Shown here piece after piece: positions 1 through 7,662 of a stretch of DNA of 64,000 nt. This stretch comes from Bacteroidales bacterium. GTDB lineage: Bacteria > Bacteroidota > Bacteroidia > Bacteroidales > VadinHA17. Each line of letters begins with the position of its first letter. Within the stretch, counting starts at the first letter, position 1. A program made the position numbers and the translations under genes. The DNA is taken from positions 306-64,305 of the forward strand of contig JAFGXX010000219.1 of the NCBI GenBank assembly GCA_016936435.1, in the 5' to 3' direction. The notes below the pieces were generated by a model that made no database searches, was not told where the DNA came from, and saw only the letters and a program-made list of their open reading frames with translations.

Positions 1-1
1 A

Positions 2-2998
2 ACTCCTTCCGCAGAGTACTCAACTGCCCCCTTCTTTGTCTGGAACTACAGGATCACAAAGGAGGAGATAGATCATTTCCTGAATGATTTCAGGGAACAG
101 GGCTTCCTCCAGGTATTTGTGCATCCACGACCCGGGCTGATAACCGAATATCTTTCCGATGAGTGGTTCGGGCTGTTCAGATATACTGTCGACAAAGGCA
201 AGGAGCTTGGAATGAAAGTGTGGATATATGATGAAAATTCATATCCCAGCGGTTTTGGCGGAGGGCATGTCCCTGACCGGATGCCGGAATCGGTAAACCA
301 GGGACAGGGACTGAAGATGACCCGGGTTGAAATCCTTCCTGACACAGCAGAAAAATATTACATCTGTCTGAAAGAGGAAAATGATGTCTTCACCGACATA
401 ACGGCTTCTGTGGACAACGAAAAAGGGAAGACAGGCAGATACCTTCTGTTCTCAAAAACGTTTTTTGGAAAGAGTGACTGGTATGGTGGATTTTCGTATG
501 TTGACCTCCTGTATCCGGGAGTTACCTCGAAATTTATTGAAATCACCATGGCCGGGTACGAAAAACACGTCGGGGCTGAGTTCGGACTAGCCGTCCCAGG
601 AACCTTCACCGATGAGCCCCATATTAACTCGCCAGGCGGAATCCGATGGACACCCGATCTGTTTGATGTCTTCCTGAACAAGTGGGGATATGACCTTCGC
701 ACAAATCTTCCTTCTCTTTATGAAGAGGTTGGCGACTGGAAAAAAATAAGACATAACTATACCCAGACACTTCTTCAGCTTTTCATCGACCGCTGGGCAA
801 AGCCCTGGTTTGATTACTGCCGGAAAAATAACCTGATATTCACAGGTCACTACTGGGAACATGAGTGGCCAAACATGCGTCCGGGAGGCGATAACATGTC
901 AATGTACGCATGGCACCAGATGCCGGCGATAGATATGCTTTTCAACCAGTGGAATGACTCTTCCGTCAGAGCACAGTTCGGAAATGTAAGGTCTGTTAAG
1001 GAGCTGTCCAGTGCCGCCAACCAGACCGGTCGCAACAGGAAACTAAGTGAAACTTACGGAGGCGGAGGCTGGGAACTGAGTTTCACCGACATGAAGCGGC
1101 TCGCCGACTGGGAATTTGCTCTTGGAGTGAACTTTTTGAATCAGCATTTATCACATTTCACACTGGCGGGTGCACGGAAATATGATTACCCGCTTTCATT
1201 CACATACCATGAGCCGTGGTGGAAGAATTATAAATATCTCAATGACCACTATGCAAGGCTCTCGGTGGCATTGTCATCCGGAGTGCAGATGAACGACATT
1301 CTGATCCTTGAGCCTACGACATCGGCATGGCTTTATGATTCCTACGCACAAAGGAATGCCGGATATGCAGCAATCGGACAGACATTTCAGAATTTCATAA
1401 CCAAACTGGAAAAAAACCAGGTAGAATATGACCTGGGTTCAGAGAATATCATTAAAGACCTGGGTTCGGTAAGAAAAGGAACATTTGTTGTTGGCCGGTG
1501 TGAGTACTCTGTTGTTGTCATCCCTCCGGGGATGGAGAACCTTGATCTTCCAACATTCAGGCTTCTGCAGAAGTTCGTTGCCGGAGGAGGCACCCTGGTT
1601 GCGTTTTCTGCTCCTTCACTGATCGACGGATCAGAGAACGAAGAGTTAAATCAGTTCTTATCAGAAAACAGTAAATTTATCCATTTTGAAACAGACATTG
1701 ATGATGTCTTAATCTCAAAATATTTCAGCAGTCAGGATATTGAATTCTCAGATTTTACATTTGGAAATCTGTATCATCACAGGAGGACCCTGGCCGACGG
1801 ACAGCTGATTTTTATAGTCAATTCAAGTCTTACCGCGAAAGCATCCGGGACTATAACTGTAAAAGGCGATGCAGTTTATGAACTTGACACTTTCACAGGA
1901 GATGTCAATGGTTACCCATGGTCAGATATGGGAGAGAAGGTAATTACAACTTTCTCACTTCCTCCTGCCGGAAGCCTCCTTATATTCATTCCATATGCCG
2001 ATACTGAACGATATATAACTCCATATAAGCCAGGGGATCTGAATCCCGTCGAAGCAGCCGCTCCGATTAAGATCAGCAGGGACAGGGAAAATGTTCTGAC
2101 TATTCCATTCTGCGATCTTACCCTGGGCGGAGAGACGACACCTGATATGCACAATTACAGTGCCGCCGACAAGGTATATAAATACTATGGGTTTGTAAAT
2201 GGCAATCCATGGAACCATTCTGTTCAATTCAAAACACGGACGATGGATCGTGACACCTTTGGCATAAATACAGGATTTGCAGTCACATATCATTTTAACG
2301 TAAGAGGAAGCTTTGATTATTCTACATTCAGGGCTGTCATAGAAAGACCATATCTATGGGAAGTGATGATTAACGGAAATGAAATAAAACCGGAAGAGGG
2401 CGAATGGTGGCTCGACAGGGAATTCAGGGTGTTCGATATCAGCAGTTATGTATTACAGGGAAAAAACACTATCTCTCTAAATGTTACTCCGATGAAAGTA
2501 AATGCCGAAATCGAACCCATTTACATAACCGGTGATTTTTCGGTCTTCGCGAAAGAGAAAGGCTGGTATATCGGACCTGCTGTTAATTTGTTAACAACCG
2601 GAAGCTGGTCGGATCAGGGCATGCCATTTTATTCGCAGGGGATCTCTTACAGCAGAGAATACAATCTCGCGTCGCCTGAGGGATATTATTTTATTGAACC
2701 CGGTGAATGGTCAGGCACTATCGCGGAGGTGACTGTAAATGGTGTCCCGGCTCCTGTGATAGCGTTCCCTCCATACAGATCAGATGTAACCAGCCTGATT
2801 ACACCTGGCCTTAACAAAATAGAGGTGAAAGTCACAGGAAGCCTCAAAAATCTACTGGGGCCTCATTTTAACAATCCGGCTCCCGGTCTGGTTTCTCCGG
2901 GTCATTTCAGGAATGTGAAATCATATCCTGCAGGTAATGATTACCAGTTAATCGATTATGGTTTGATGGAAGAGTTTTATCTCCTTAATGGTAAATAA
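2..2998 (+). CDS. Large glycoside-hydrolase-like protein (GH106 / GH2-sugar-binding-like), 5' end outside the window
   Basis: The frame is open from nt 2 to the stop at 2996-2998. Nt 2-118 translate to TPSAEYSTAPFFVWNYRITKEEIDHFLNDFREQGFLQVF, so the GTG at 119 in the ORF track is not the real start. The block WIYDENSYPSGFGGGHV and the size of about 1000 aa resemble Bacteroidota rhamnosidase-like hydrolases. The family call is from memory only. Confidence 0.5.
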   Translation, partial: TPSAEYSTAPFFVWNYRITKEEIDHFLNDFREQGFLQVFVHPRPGLITEYLSDEWFGLFRYTVDKGKELGMKVWIYDENSYPSGFGGGHVPDRMPESVNQGQGLKMTRVEILPDTAEKYYICLKEENDVFTDITASVDNEKGKTGRYLLFSKTFFGKSDWYGGFSYVDLLYPGVTSKFIEITMAGYEKHVGAEFGLAVPGTFTDEPHINSPGGIRWTPDLFDVFLNKWGYDLRTNLPSLYEEVGDWKKIRHNYTQTLLQLFIDRWAKPWFDYCRKNNLIFTGHYWEHEWPNMRPGGDNMSMYAWHQMPAIDMLFNQWNDSSVRAQFGNVRSVKELSSAANQTGRNRKLSETYGGGGWELSFTDMKRLADWEFALGVNFLNQHLSHFTLAGARKYDYPLSFTYHEPWWKNYKYLNDHYARLSVALSSGVQMNDILILEPTTSAWLYDSYAQRNAGYAAIGQTFQNFITKLEKNQVEYDLGSENIIKDLGSVRKGTFVVGRCEYSVVVIPPGMENLDLPTFRLLQKFVAGGGTLVAFSAPSLIDGSENEELNQFLSENSKFIHFETDIDDVLISKYFSSQDIEFSDFTFGNLYHHRRTLADGQLIFIVNSSLTAKASGTITVKGDAVYELDTFTGDVNGYPWSDMGEKVITTFSLPPAGSLLIFIPYADTERYITPYKPGDLNPVEAAAPIKISRDRENVLTIPFCDLTLGGETTPDMHNYSAADKVYKYYGFVNGNPWNHSVQFKTRTMDRDTFGINTGFAVTYHFNVRGSFDYSTFRAVIERPYLWEVMINGNEIKPEEGEWWLDREFRVFDISSYVLQGKNTISLNVTPMKVNAEIEPIYITGDFSVFAKEKGWYIGPAVNLLTTGSWSDQGMPFYSQGISYSREYNLASPEGYYFIEPGEWSGTIAEVTVNGVPAPVIAFPPYRSDVTSLITPGLNKIEVKVTGSLKNLLGPHFNNPAPGLVSPGHFRNVKSYPAGNDYQLIDYGLMEEFYLLNGK

Positions 2999-3123
2999 CA
3001 ATATTGTCGTTTCGAACATAAGATCATACAATATTCACTTTTCGAATAATATCTGAAACAATCCACAAATGCCTAAACATCAATATAATATTTTAGATTT
3101 ATTGTATAAATCAAATATTTATA

Positions 3124-3131
3124 TACTTTTG
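3124..3131 (+). promoter_or_regulatory. Candidate Bacteroidota -7 box (TACTTTTG, consensus TAnnTTTG)
   Basis: Exact TAnnTTTG match in an AT-rich intergenic region, 85 nt upstream of the ATG at 3216. Confidence 0.35.
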
Positions 3132-3215
3132 ATGCGTTTTTGAATGTTTAATAAAAATACTGGGGCAAAAGGTTTTCTGGCTTAAGCTCCTGAGTATAAA
3201 CTTAAAAACTATTCT

Positions 3216-4892
3216 ATGAGAAAAATTCTGACATTATTTGCCGGCACACTTATCACCGGGACTCTGCTGGCCGGCGGTCTGGTGACCAACACCAACCAGA
3301 GTGCTGCATGGGTACGCATGCCTTCGAGGAATGCATCAGTTGAGATCGATGCAGTATTCTTCAACCCGGCAGGCCTTATGAAGCTCGACAACGGATTACA
3401 CTTCGGACTTAGCAACCAGACCATTTCACAGGGGAGGGAAATCACGAACGACTATTCCGGACCCGGTGGCTTATATGGACTGAATCAGAATCTTTATGAG
3501 GGAAAGGTTTTTTCATGGTACTTCCCTTCAATTTATGCCGCCTACAAGCTTGACAGATTTGCATTTTCGCTGGGCTTCATGCCTATCGGCGGAGGTGGCG
3601 GAGCTGAATACGAAAAGGGGCTACCTTCATTTGAAATGGGCATCTCCGACCTCGTTCCCGGACTCGCCTCACAGGGTGCAACCGACTATGATGTTGACAT
3701 TTTCTTTAAGGGCAGTTCAACATGGCTTGGCTACCAGGGCGCCGTATCATTCAAGATCAACGACATGATCTCGGTTGCAGCAGGAGCCAGGTATGTGACA
3801 GCTAAAAATACATATTCAGGTTATCTCAGAAATGTTCAGGTACTCATGGGCGAAACATGGATGCCTGCTACAACTATTTTCAATGGTATTGTTTCCAACC
3901 TTAACGGGATAATTGGCATTCCAGGCCTCCTTGCCGATGCTATCAGTGGCGGGTTTGGAGATGCAACCCTCCAGAATCTGGTTGATGCAGAGCAGATGAC
4001 CTCAACGGAAAAAGCTGCCATCGAACAGGGACTTCTTTACATAGGTGTACCTGCCGCTGCACTGCCCACTATGAGTCTGAATACAATAAGCGGTACTGTT
4101 ACTACAGCTACGCCAACTCTTGAAACCAGCCGGAATGAAGCTCAGGCAACATCAGCACTGGTAGCGGACAAAAGTGCCGACGTAACGCAGACAGGTTCAG
4201 GTATTGCACCTTTCTTCAGCATCAATATCAGCCCCACTGAGAACCTCAACATTGCCATTAAATACGAAATGGCCACCAAACTTGAACTGATTAATGAGAC
4301 AAAACAAGATCTTCTCATAGGCTATACTGCTACCGGAACTCCTATAACACAGTTCCCCGATGGTGAAAAGACAAGAAGCGACATCCCTGCCATGCTCACC
4401 GTGGGTGTAGATTTCAGAATTTCCGAAAAACTGAAAGTTGCTGCAGGCGTAAACTATTTCTTCGACAAAGCAGCCGATTACGGTCACAAAGTCGATGCCG
4501 ACCTCTTCCCTCCCACACCGGTAACAGCAATTGCTAACTCAGAGATCATTGACCATAACGGGATGACATTGCACGGCGGACTGGAATACAATCTCTCCGA
4601 TAACTTCCTCGTAAGTGCAGGTTACTCTTACGGGAACAAGGGTGTGAACAGCAAATATCAGAGCGACATGACCTTCGGCAATCAAACCAACACCGTCGGA
4701 CTCGGAGGAGCGTATTCAGTAAGTGACAAGATAAAGATTAACCTCGGTGCAAACTATACAATGTATGCCAAAGACACAAAGACTGTTGATCACATGGTAA
4801 AATCGGGAGTGACTTATCTTAACTTCCCGGCTACTGAAACTTATCTTAAAAACACTCTTATTCTGGGTGTAGGCCTCGACCTGAGTTTCTGA
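3216..4892 (+). CDS. FadL/TodX-like outer-membrane transport beta-barrel
   Basis: Signal peptide MRKILTLFAGTLITGTLLAG. N-terminal block ...SAAWVRMPSRNASVEIDAVFFNPAGLMKL is typical of the OMPP1/FadL/TodX family. Gly/aromatic-rich beta-strand pattern with a C-terminal Phe (GLDLSF). Confidence 0.6.
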   Translation: MRKILTLFAGTLITGTLLAGGLVTNTNQSAAWVRMPSRNASVEIDAVFFNPAGLMKLDNGLHFGLSNQTISQGREITNDYSGPGGLYGLNQNLYEGKVFSWYFPSIYAAYKLDRFAFSLGFMPIGGGGGAEYEKGLPSFEMGISDLVPGLASQGATDYDVDIFFKGSSTWLGYQGAVSFKINDMISVAAGARYVTAKNTYSGYLRNVQVLMGETWMPATTIFNGIVSNLNGIIGIPGLLADAISGGFGDATLQNLVDAEQMTSTEKAAIEQGLLYIGVPAAALPTMSLNTISGTVTTATPTLETSRNEAQATSALVADKSADVTQTGSGIAPFFSINISPTENLNIAIKYEMATKLELINETKQDLLIGYTATGTPITQFPDGEKTRSDIPAMLTVGVDFRISEKLKVAAGVNYFFDKAADYGHKVDADLFPPTPVTAIANSEIIDHNGMTLHGGLEYNLSDNFLVSAGYSYGNKGVNSKYQSDMTFGNQTNTVGLGGAYSVSDKIKINLGANYTMYAKDTKTVDHMVKSGVTYLNFPATETYLKNTLILGVGLDLSF

Positions 4893-4914
4893 TACCAGCT
4901 TTAATTATTTTAAG

Positions 4915-4945
4915 AGCTGACTCTCATCGGGTCAGCTTTTTTTTT
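4915..4945 (+). terminator. Rho-independent terminator
   Basis: agctgac / gtcagct stem (4915-4921 and 4931-4937) with a 9-nt loop, followed by a run of 9 T. It lies 23 nt after the stop at 4892. Confidence 0.8.
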
Positions 4946-5001
4946 GCGAAATCGCCAATCCTTGCCCGACTGCGTCAGTCAGGCGGGCGAAATCCGTAAT
5001 A

Positions 5002-5685
5002 CTAATACGTTACACCCTGGTCGTTAAGAAATTTTATATACTCCTGCAGCCTCGGAGCTCCCGAGTTTATAAATTTCCGGTACCAGCCGGCGGCCTGACC
5101 AGGATTGCCAGCCTCTCCGGCCAGTGAAATGATATTTACATAAAGCAGCCCCTCCGATCCAAGGTTTTTTTGATCTGTCTCTTCAAGGATGTCTATAAAG
5201 CTTATCATTGCTTTAAGGATATCATCTCCTTCGGCATGTCTGAAAGCATCATTTATTTTCCGGTTCAGATCGTTATCAAGCGTTACTCCGTAGAAATGAA
5301 AACAATTCTCTGAACAGTCTTCAATAATATCTATCCATTCGGGTACTTTTTTGAGGGGTGGAAAGGTGAGAGTAAAATTCAGTTTTTCTCCCGGTGCGCT
5401 GAAAAGATGCGTTTCGGGGCAAAAGGGTATTCCTGTCGCTGAAATCATTCTTATTCGTGTTCCGTCGGGATATACAATATATGTGTTTTTGTCGACACAG
5501 AAACTGCCTCCGGCTATCCGGTTCTCCACAGAAAGCATTATTACAGTTGCTTTCTCTGAAGTTTCAAGCTTATTTATTATCAGAGTCTCATGGCTTTTGA
5601 GACCGTAATTCGGTTGTATAAATGCCTGAGCTGCAATCGTCAAAGTGATCAGTGACATATATCCTGTCAGCAATATTTTTTTCAT
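5002..5685 (-). CDS. Secreted hypothetical protein (Cys-containing N-terminal domain plus helical C-terminal domain)
   Basis: 227-aa ORF with signal peptide MKKILLTGYMSLITLTIAAQA. I recognised no family motif. Confidence 0.5.
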   Translation of the reverse strand: MKKILLTGYMSLITLTIAAQAFIQPNYGLKSHETLIINKLETSEKATVIMLSVENRIAGGSFCVDKNTYIVYPDGTRIRMISATGIPFCPETHLFSAPGEKLNFTLTFPPLKKVPEWIDIIEDCSENCFHFYGVTLDNDLNRKINDAFRHAEGDDILKAMISFIDILEETDQKNLGSEGLLYVNIISLAGEAGNPGQAAGWYRKFINSGAPRLQEYIKFLNDQGVTY

Positions 5686-5772
5686 CGCACTTAATTGGTA
5701 ATAATTCGTGCAAGTTACAAAAATGTAACCAAATCTTAATTGTTCCTTAACCGGTTGCGGAAAGGCCTGGTT

Positions 5773-5780
5773 TAACTTTG
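5773..5780 (+). promoter_or_regulatory. Candidate -7 box (TAACTTTG)
   Basis: TAnnTTTG match 24 nt upstream of the ATG at 5804 and 60 nt upstream of the ATG at 5840. Confidence 0.35.
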
Positions 5781-5839
5781 CCGGCAGAAAAAAGGTAATA
5801 ATTATGATGTTTAAAGGAAAAAAATCAAATCAATTATTT

Positions 5840-7576
5840 ATGAAAAGAATGTTATTCATTGCTGCTGTGGCAGCTATGGCAATTTTTGCGGGATGCAAGG
5901 AAGAGTATGCGATCCCGGTGGTTTCAGCACCCGGCAGCCAGAACGTTGAGATCAACAAATCGGTTGATCTGAGTTTCGGGTTCACGGCCGATGCCGGATA
6001 CAAATCTTCAACACTTACAGCTACAGGAGGCACTGCTGTCATCAAAACAGATGCTTCATCGGGTGAGATTACAGGTAATGTGGTCGTTACTTTCACTGCC
6101 GCATCAAATGTAGGGGCAGGGGCAGTGACACTTACCTTATCGGACAATGAGGGTCAGATAGAGACTGCCACGGCAGTCCTGAGCATTTATGAGGAAGGTG
6201 CACCGATTATTTCAGCTCCGGCCAATACTGAGGTGGTTCAGACGAAAAGTACAGACATTTCTTTCTCCTTTACATCCGAAGGAGGATATAATTCTGCTAC
6301 CCTTCAGGCTACAGGCGGTACTGCAGTAATCAAAACTGATCCTGCCGAGGGAGCAAACTCAGGCAACGTGGTTATAACTTTCACAGCTGACAGGACTACA
6401 GGTGCAGGCTCGGTAGTTATAACTATGAAAGACAGCAATAACAAGACCGGTGTCGCAACAGCTGTTCTTAATATAACTGAATGGCCAACAATATCGGTAA
6501 CCCAGAGTATTACAGCCAACACCACATGGGAGACCGGTAAGATCTACATTCTTGAAGGAAGGATCACTGTTGTTGCTGATGTCACACTTACCATAGAACC
6601 CGGTGTTGTTGTTAAAGGTCGTGAAGGAGCTGAGTCAAATGCCACAGCACTTATGATAGCCAGAGGAGGAAAGCTTATTGCTGAAGGCACTGCTGATTCA
6701 CCAATTATATTCACCTCAGTTACCGACAAGATTCTGCCGGGGGAGATTGCAAGTCCAACCATGTCTTCATCAGTCAACGGCCTCTGGGGTGGTCTTCTTA
6801 TTCTCGGAAAAGCTCCAATATCGGCTGAAGCAGAAGCAATGCAGATTGAAGGTATTCCCCCGTCCGACCTTAACGGACTTTACGGAGGTTCAGTACCTGA
6901 TGATAACTCCGGATCGCTTAAATACATCTCGATCCGTCATGGTGGCACCAACATAGGTGAAGGAAACGAAATAAACGGTCTTACGCTCGGAGGAGTAGGT
7001 TCCGGTACTATTATCGAGAACATTGAGATAGTTGCCAACCAGGATGATGGAATTGAGTGGTTTGGTGGTACTGTAAACGTTAAAAACGTAATTGTATGGA
7101 ATACAGGTGATGATGCAATTGACACCGATCAGTCATGGGCCGGCACACTTGATAACTTCATCATTGTCAACCCCGGTGATGAGTGTTTTGAACTTGACGG
7201 ACCTGAAGGTACTCTTGCAGCTAAACATACACTGAAGAACGGATCTGTCTATGCCGATAATGCCCAGGGTATTGCCGACCTTGATGACTCCTCCCCCCTT
7301 GCTGCATCCGACTCATGGGTCGACATGACCGGAATCTATTTCTTCGGTCTCAAGGCAGGTCAGGTTTTTGATAAAGTGCCTACATACTACACATGTACAT
7401 TCTCGAACTTTGAGGCAACCTTACCTGCAGGAAGTGTGCTTACAGACTTCTTTAAAGATGGAAGCGATGTTTTCACCATGGCAGTAAATGAAGGAGCCAA
7501 TACGGTCGGAGCTGATGTAACCGCCTTCTCCGGCTGGTCGTGGGCTGCTGTTTCAGGTTCTTTGACAGGTTTTTAA
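5840..7576 (+). CDS. Surface lipoprotein with two tandem Ig-like repeats and a beta-helix-like C-terminal domain
   Basis: The lipobox MKRMLFIAAVAAMAIFAG|C favours the ATG at 5840 over 5804. Two repeats of about 96 aa share GGTAVIKTD, GNVV[VI]TFTA and TAVL. The C-terminal part (ITANTTWETGKIYILEGRITV... IEWFGGTVNVKNVIVWNTGDDAIDTDQSW) looks like a parallel beta-helix. It lies immediately upstream of a TonB-dependent receptor. Confidence 0.6.
   Translation: MKRMLFIAAVAAMAIFAGCKEEYAIPVVSAPGSQNVEINKSVDLSFGFTADAGYKSSTLTATGGTAVIKTDASSGEITGNVVVTFTAASNVGAGAVTLTLSDNEGQIETATAVLSIYEEGAPIISAPANTEVVQTKSTDISFSFTSEGGYNSATLQATGGTAVIKTDPAEGANSGNVVITFTADRTTGAGSVVITMKDSNNKTGVATAVLNITEWPTISVTQSITANTTWETGKIYILEGRITVVADVTLTIEPGVVVKGREGAESNATALMIARGGKLIAEGTADSPIIFTSVTDKILPGEIASPTMSSSVNGLWGGLLILGKAPISAEAEAMQIEGIPPSDLNGLYGGSVPDDNSGSLKYISIRHGGTNIGEGNEINGLTLGGVGSGTIIENIEIVANQDDGIEWFGGTVNVKNVIVWNTGDDAIDTDQSWAGTLDNFIIVNPGDECFELDGPEGTLAAKHTLKNGSVYADNAQGIADLDDSSPLAASDSWVDMTGIYFFGLKAGQVFDKVPTYYTCTFSNFEATLPAGSVLTDFFKDGSDVFTMAVNEGANTVGADVTAFSGWSWAAVSGSLTGF
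5909..6484 (+). repeat. Tandem protein-level repeat (2 x about 96 aa) inside the lipoprotein gene
   Basis: Residues AIPVVSAPGSQ...LSIYEEG (nt 5909-6199) align with APIISAPANTE...LNITEW (nt 6200-6484). The two share the columns SAP, S.D.SF.FT, GY.S.TL.ATGGTAVIKTD, GNVV.TFTA, GAG.V and TAVL. Confidence 0.8.
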
Positions 7577-7598
7577 TAATTAATCAGATCAATAACCA

Positions 7599-7630
7599 AA
7601 ATCCACAGGAGAATCTTCTCCTGTGGATTT
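7599..7630 (+). terminator. Perfect 14-bp hairpin between the lipoprotein and TonB-receptor genes (terminator or attenuator)
   Basis: aaatccacaggaga (7599-7612), loop atct, tctcctgtggattt (7617-7630). It sits 23 nt after the stop at 7576 and 33 nt before the ATG at 7663. Confidence 0.65.
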
Positions 7631-7662
7631 ATTACAAACAAATTTTATCGATAAAGTCAATT

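Noticed and set aside
7540-7662. N-terminal 41-codon extension of the TonB receptor in the ORF track
   Set aside because: The extension overlaps the end of the lipoprotein gene and reads through the perfect 14-bp hairpin. The ATG at 7663 gives a canonical signal peptide.
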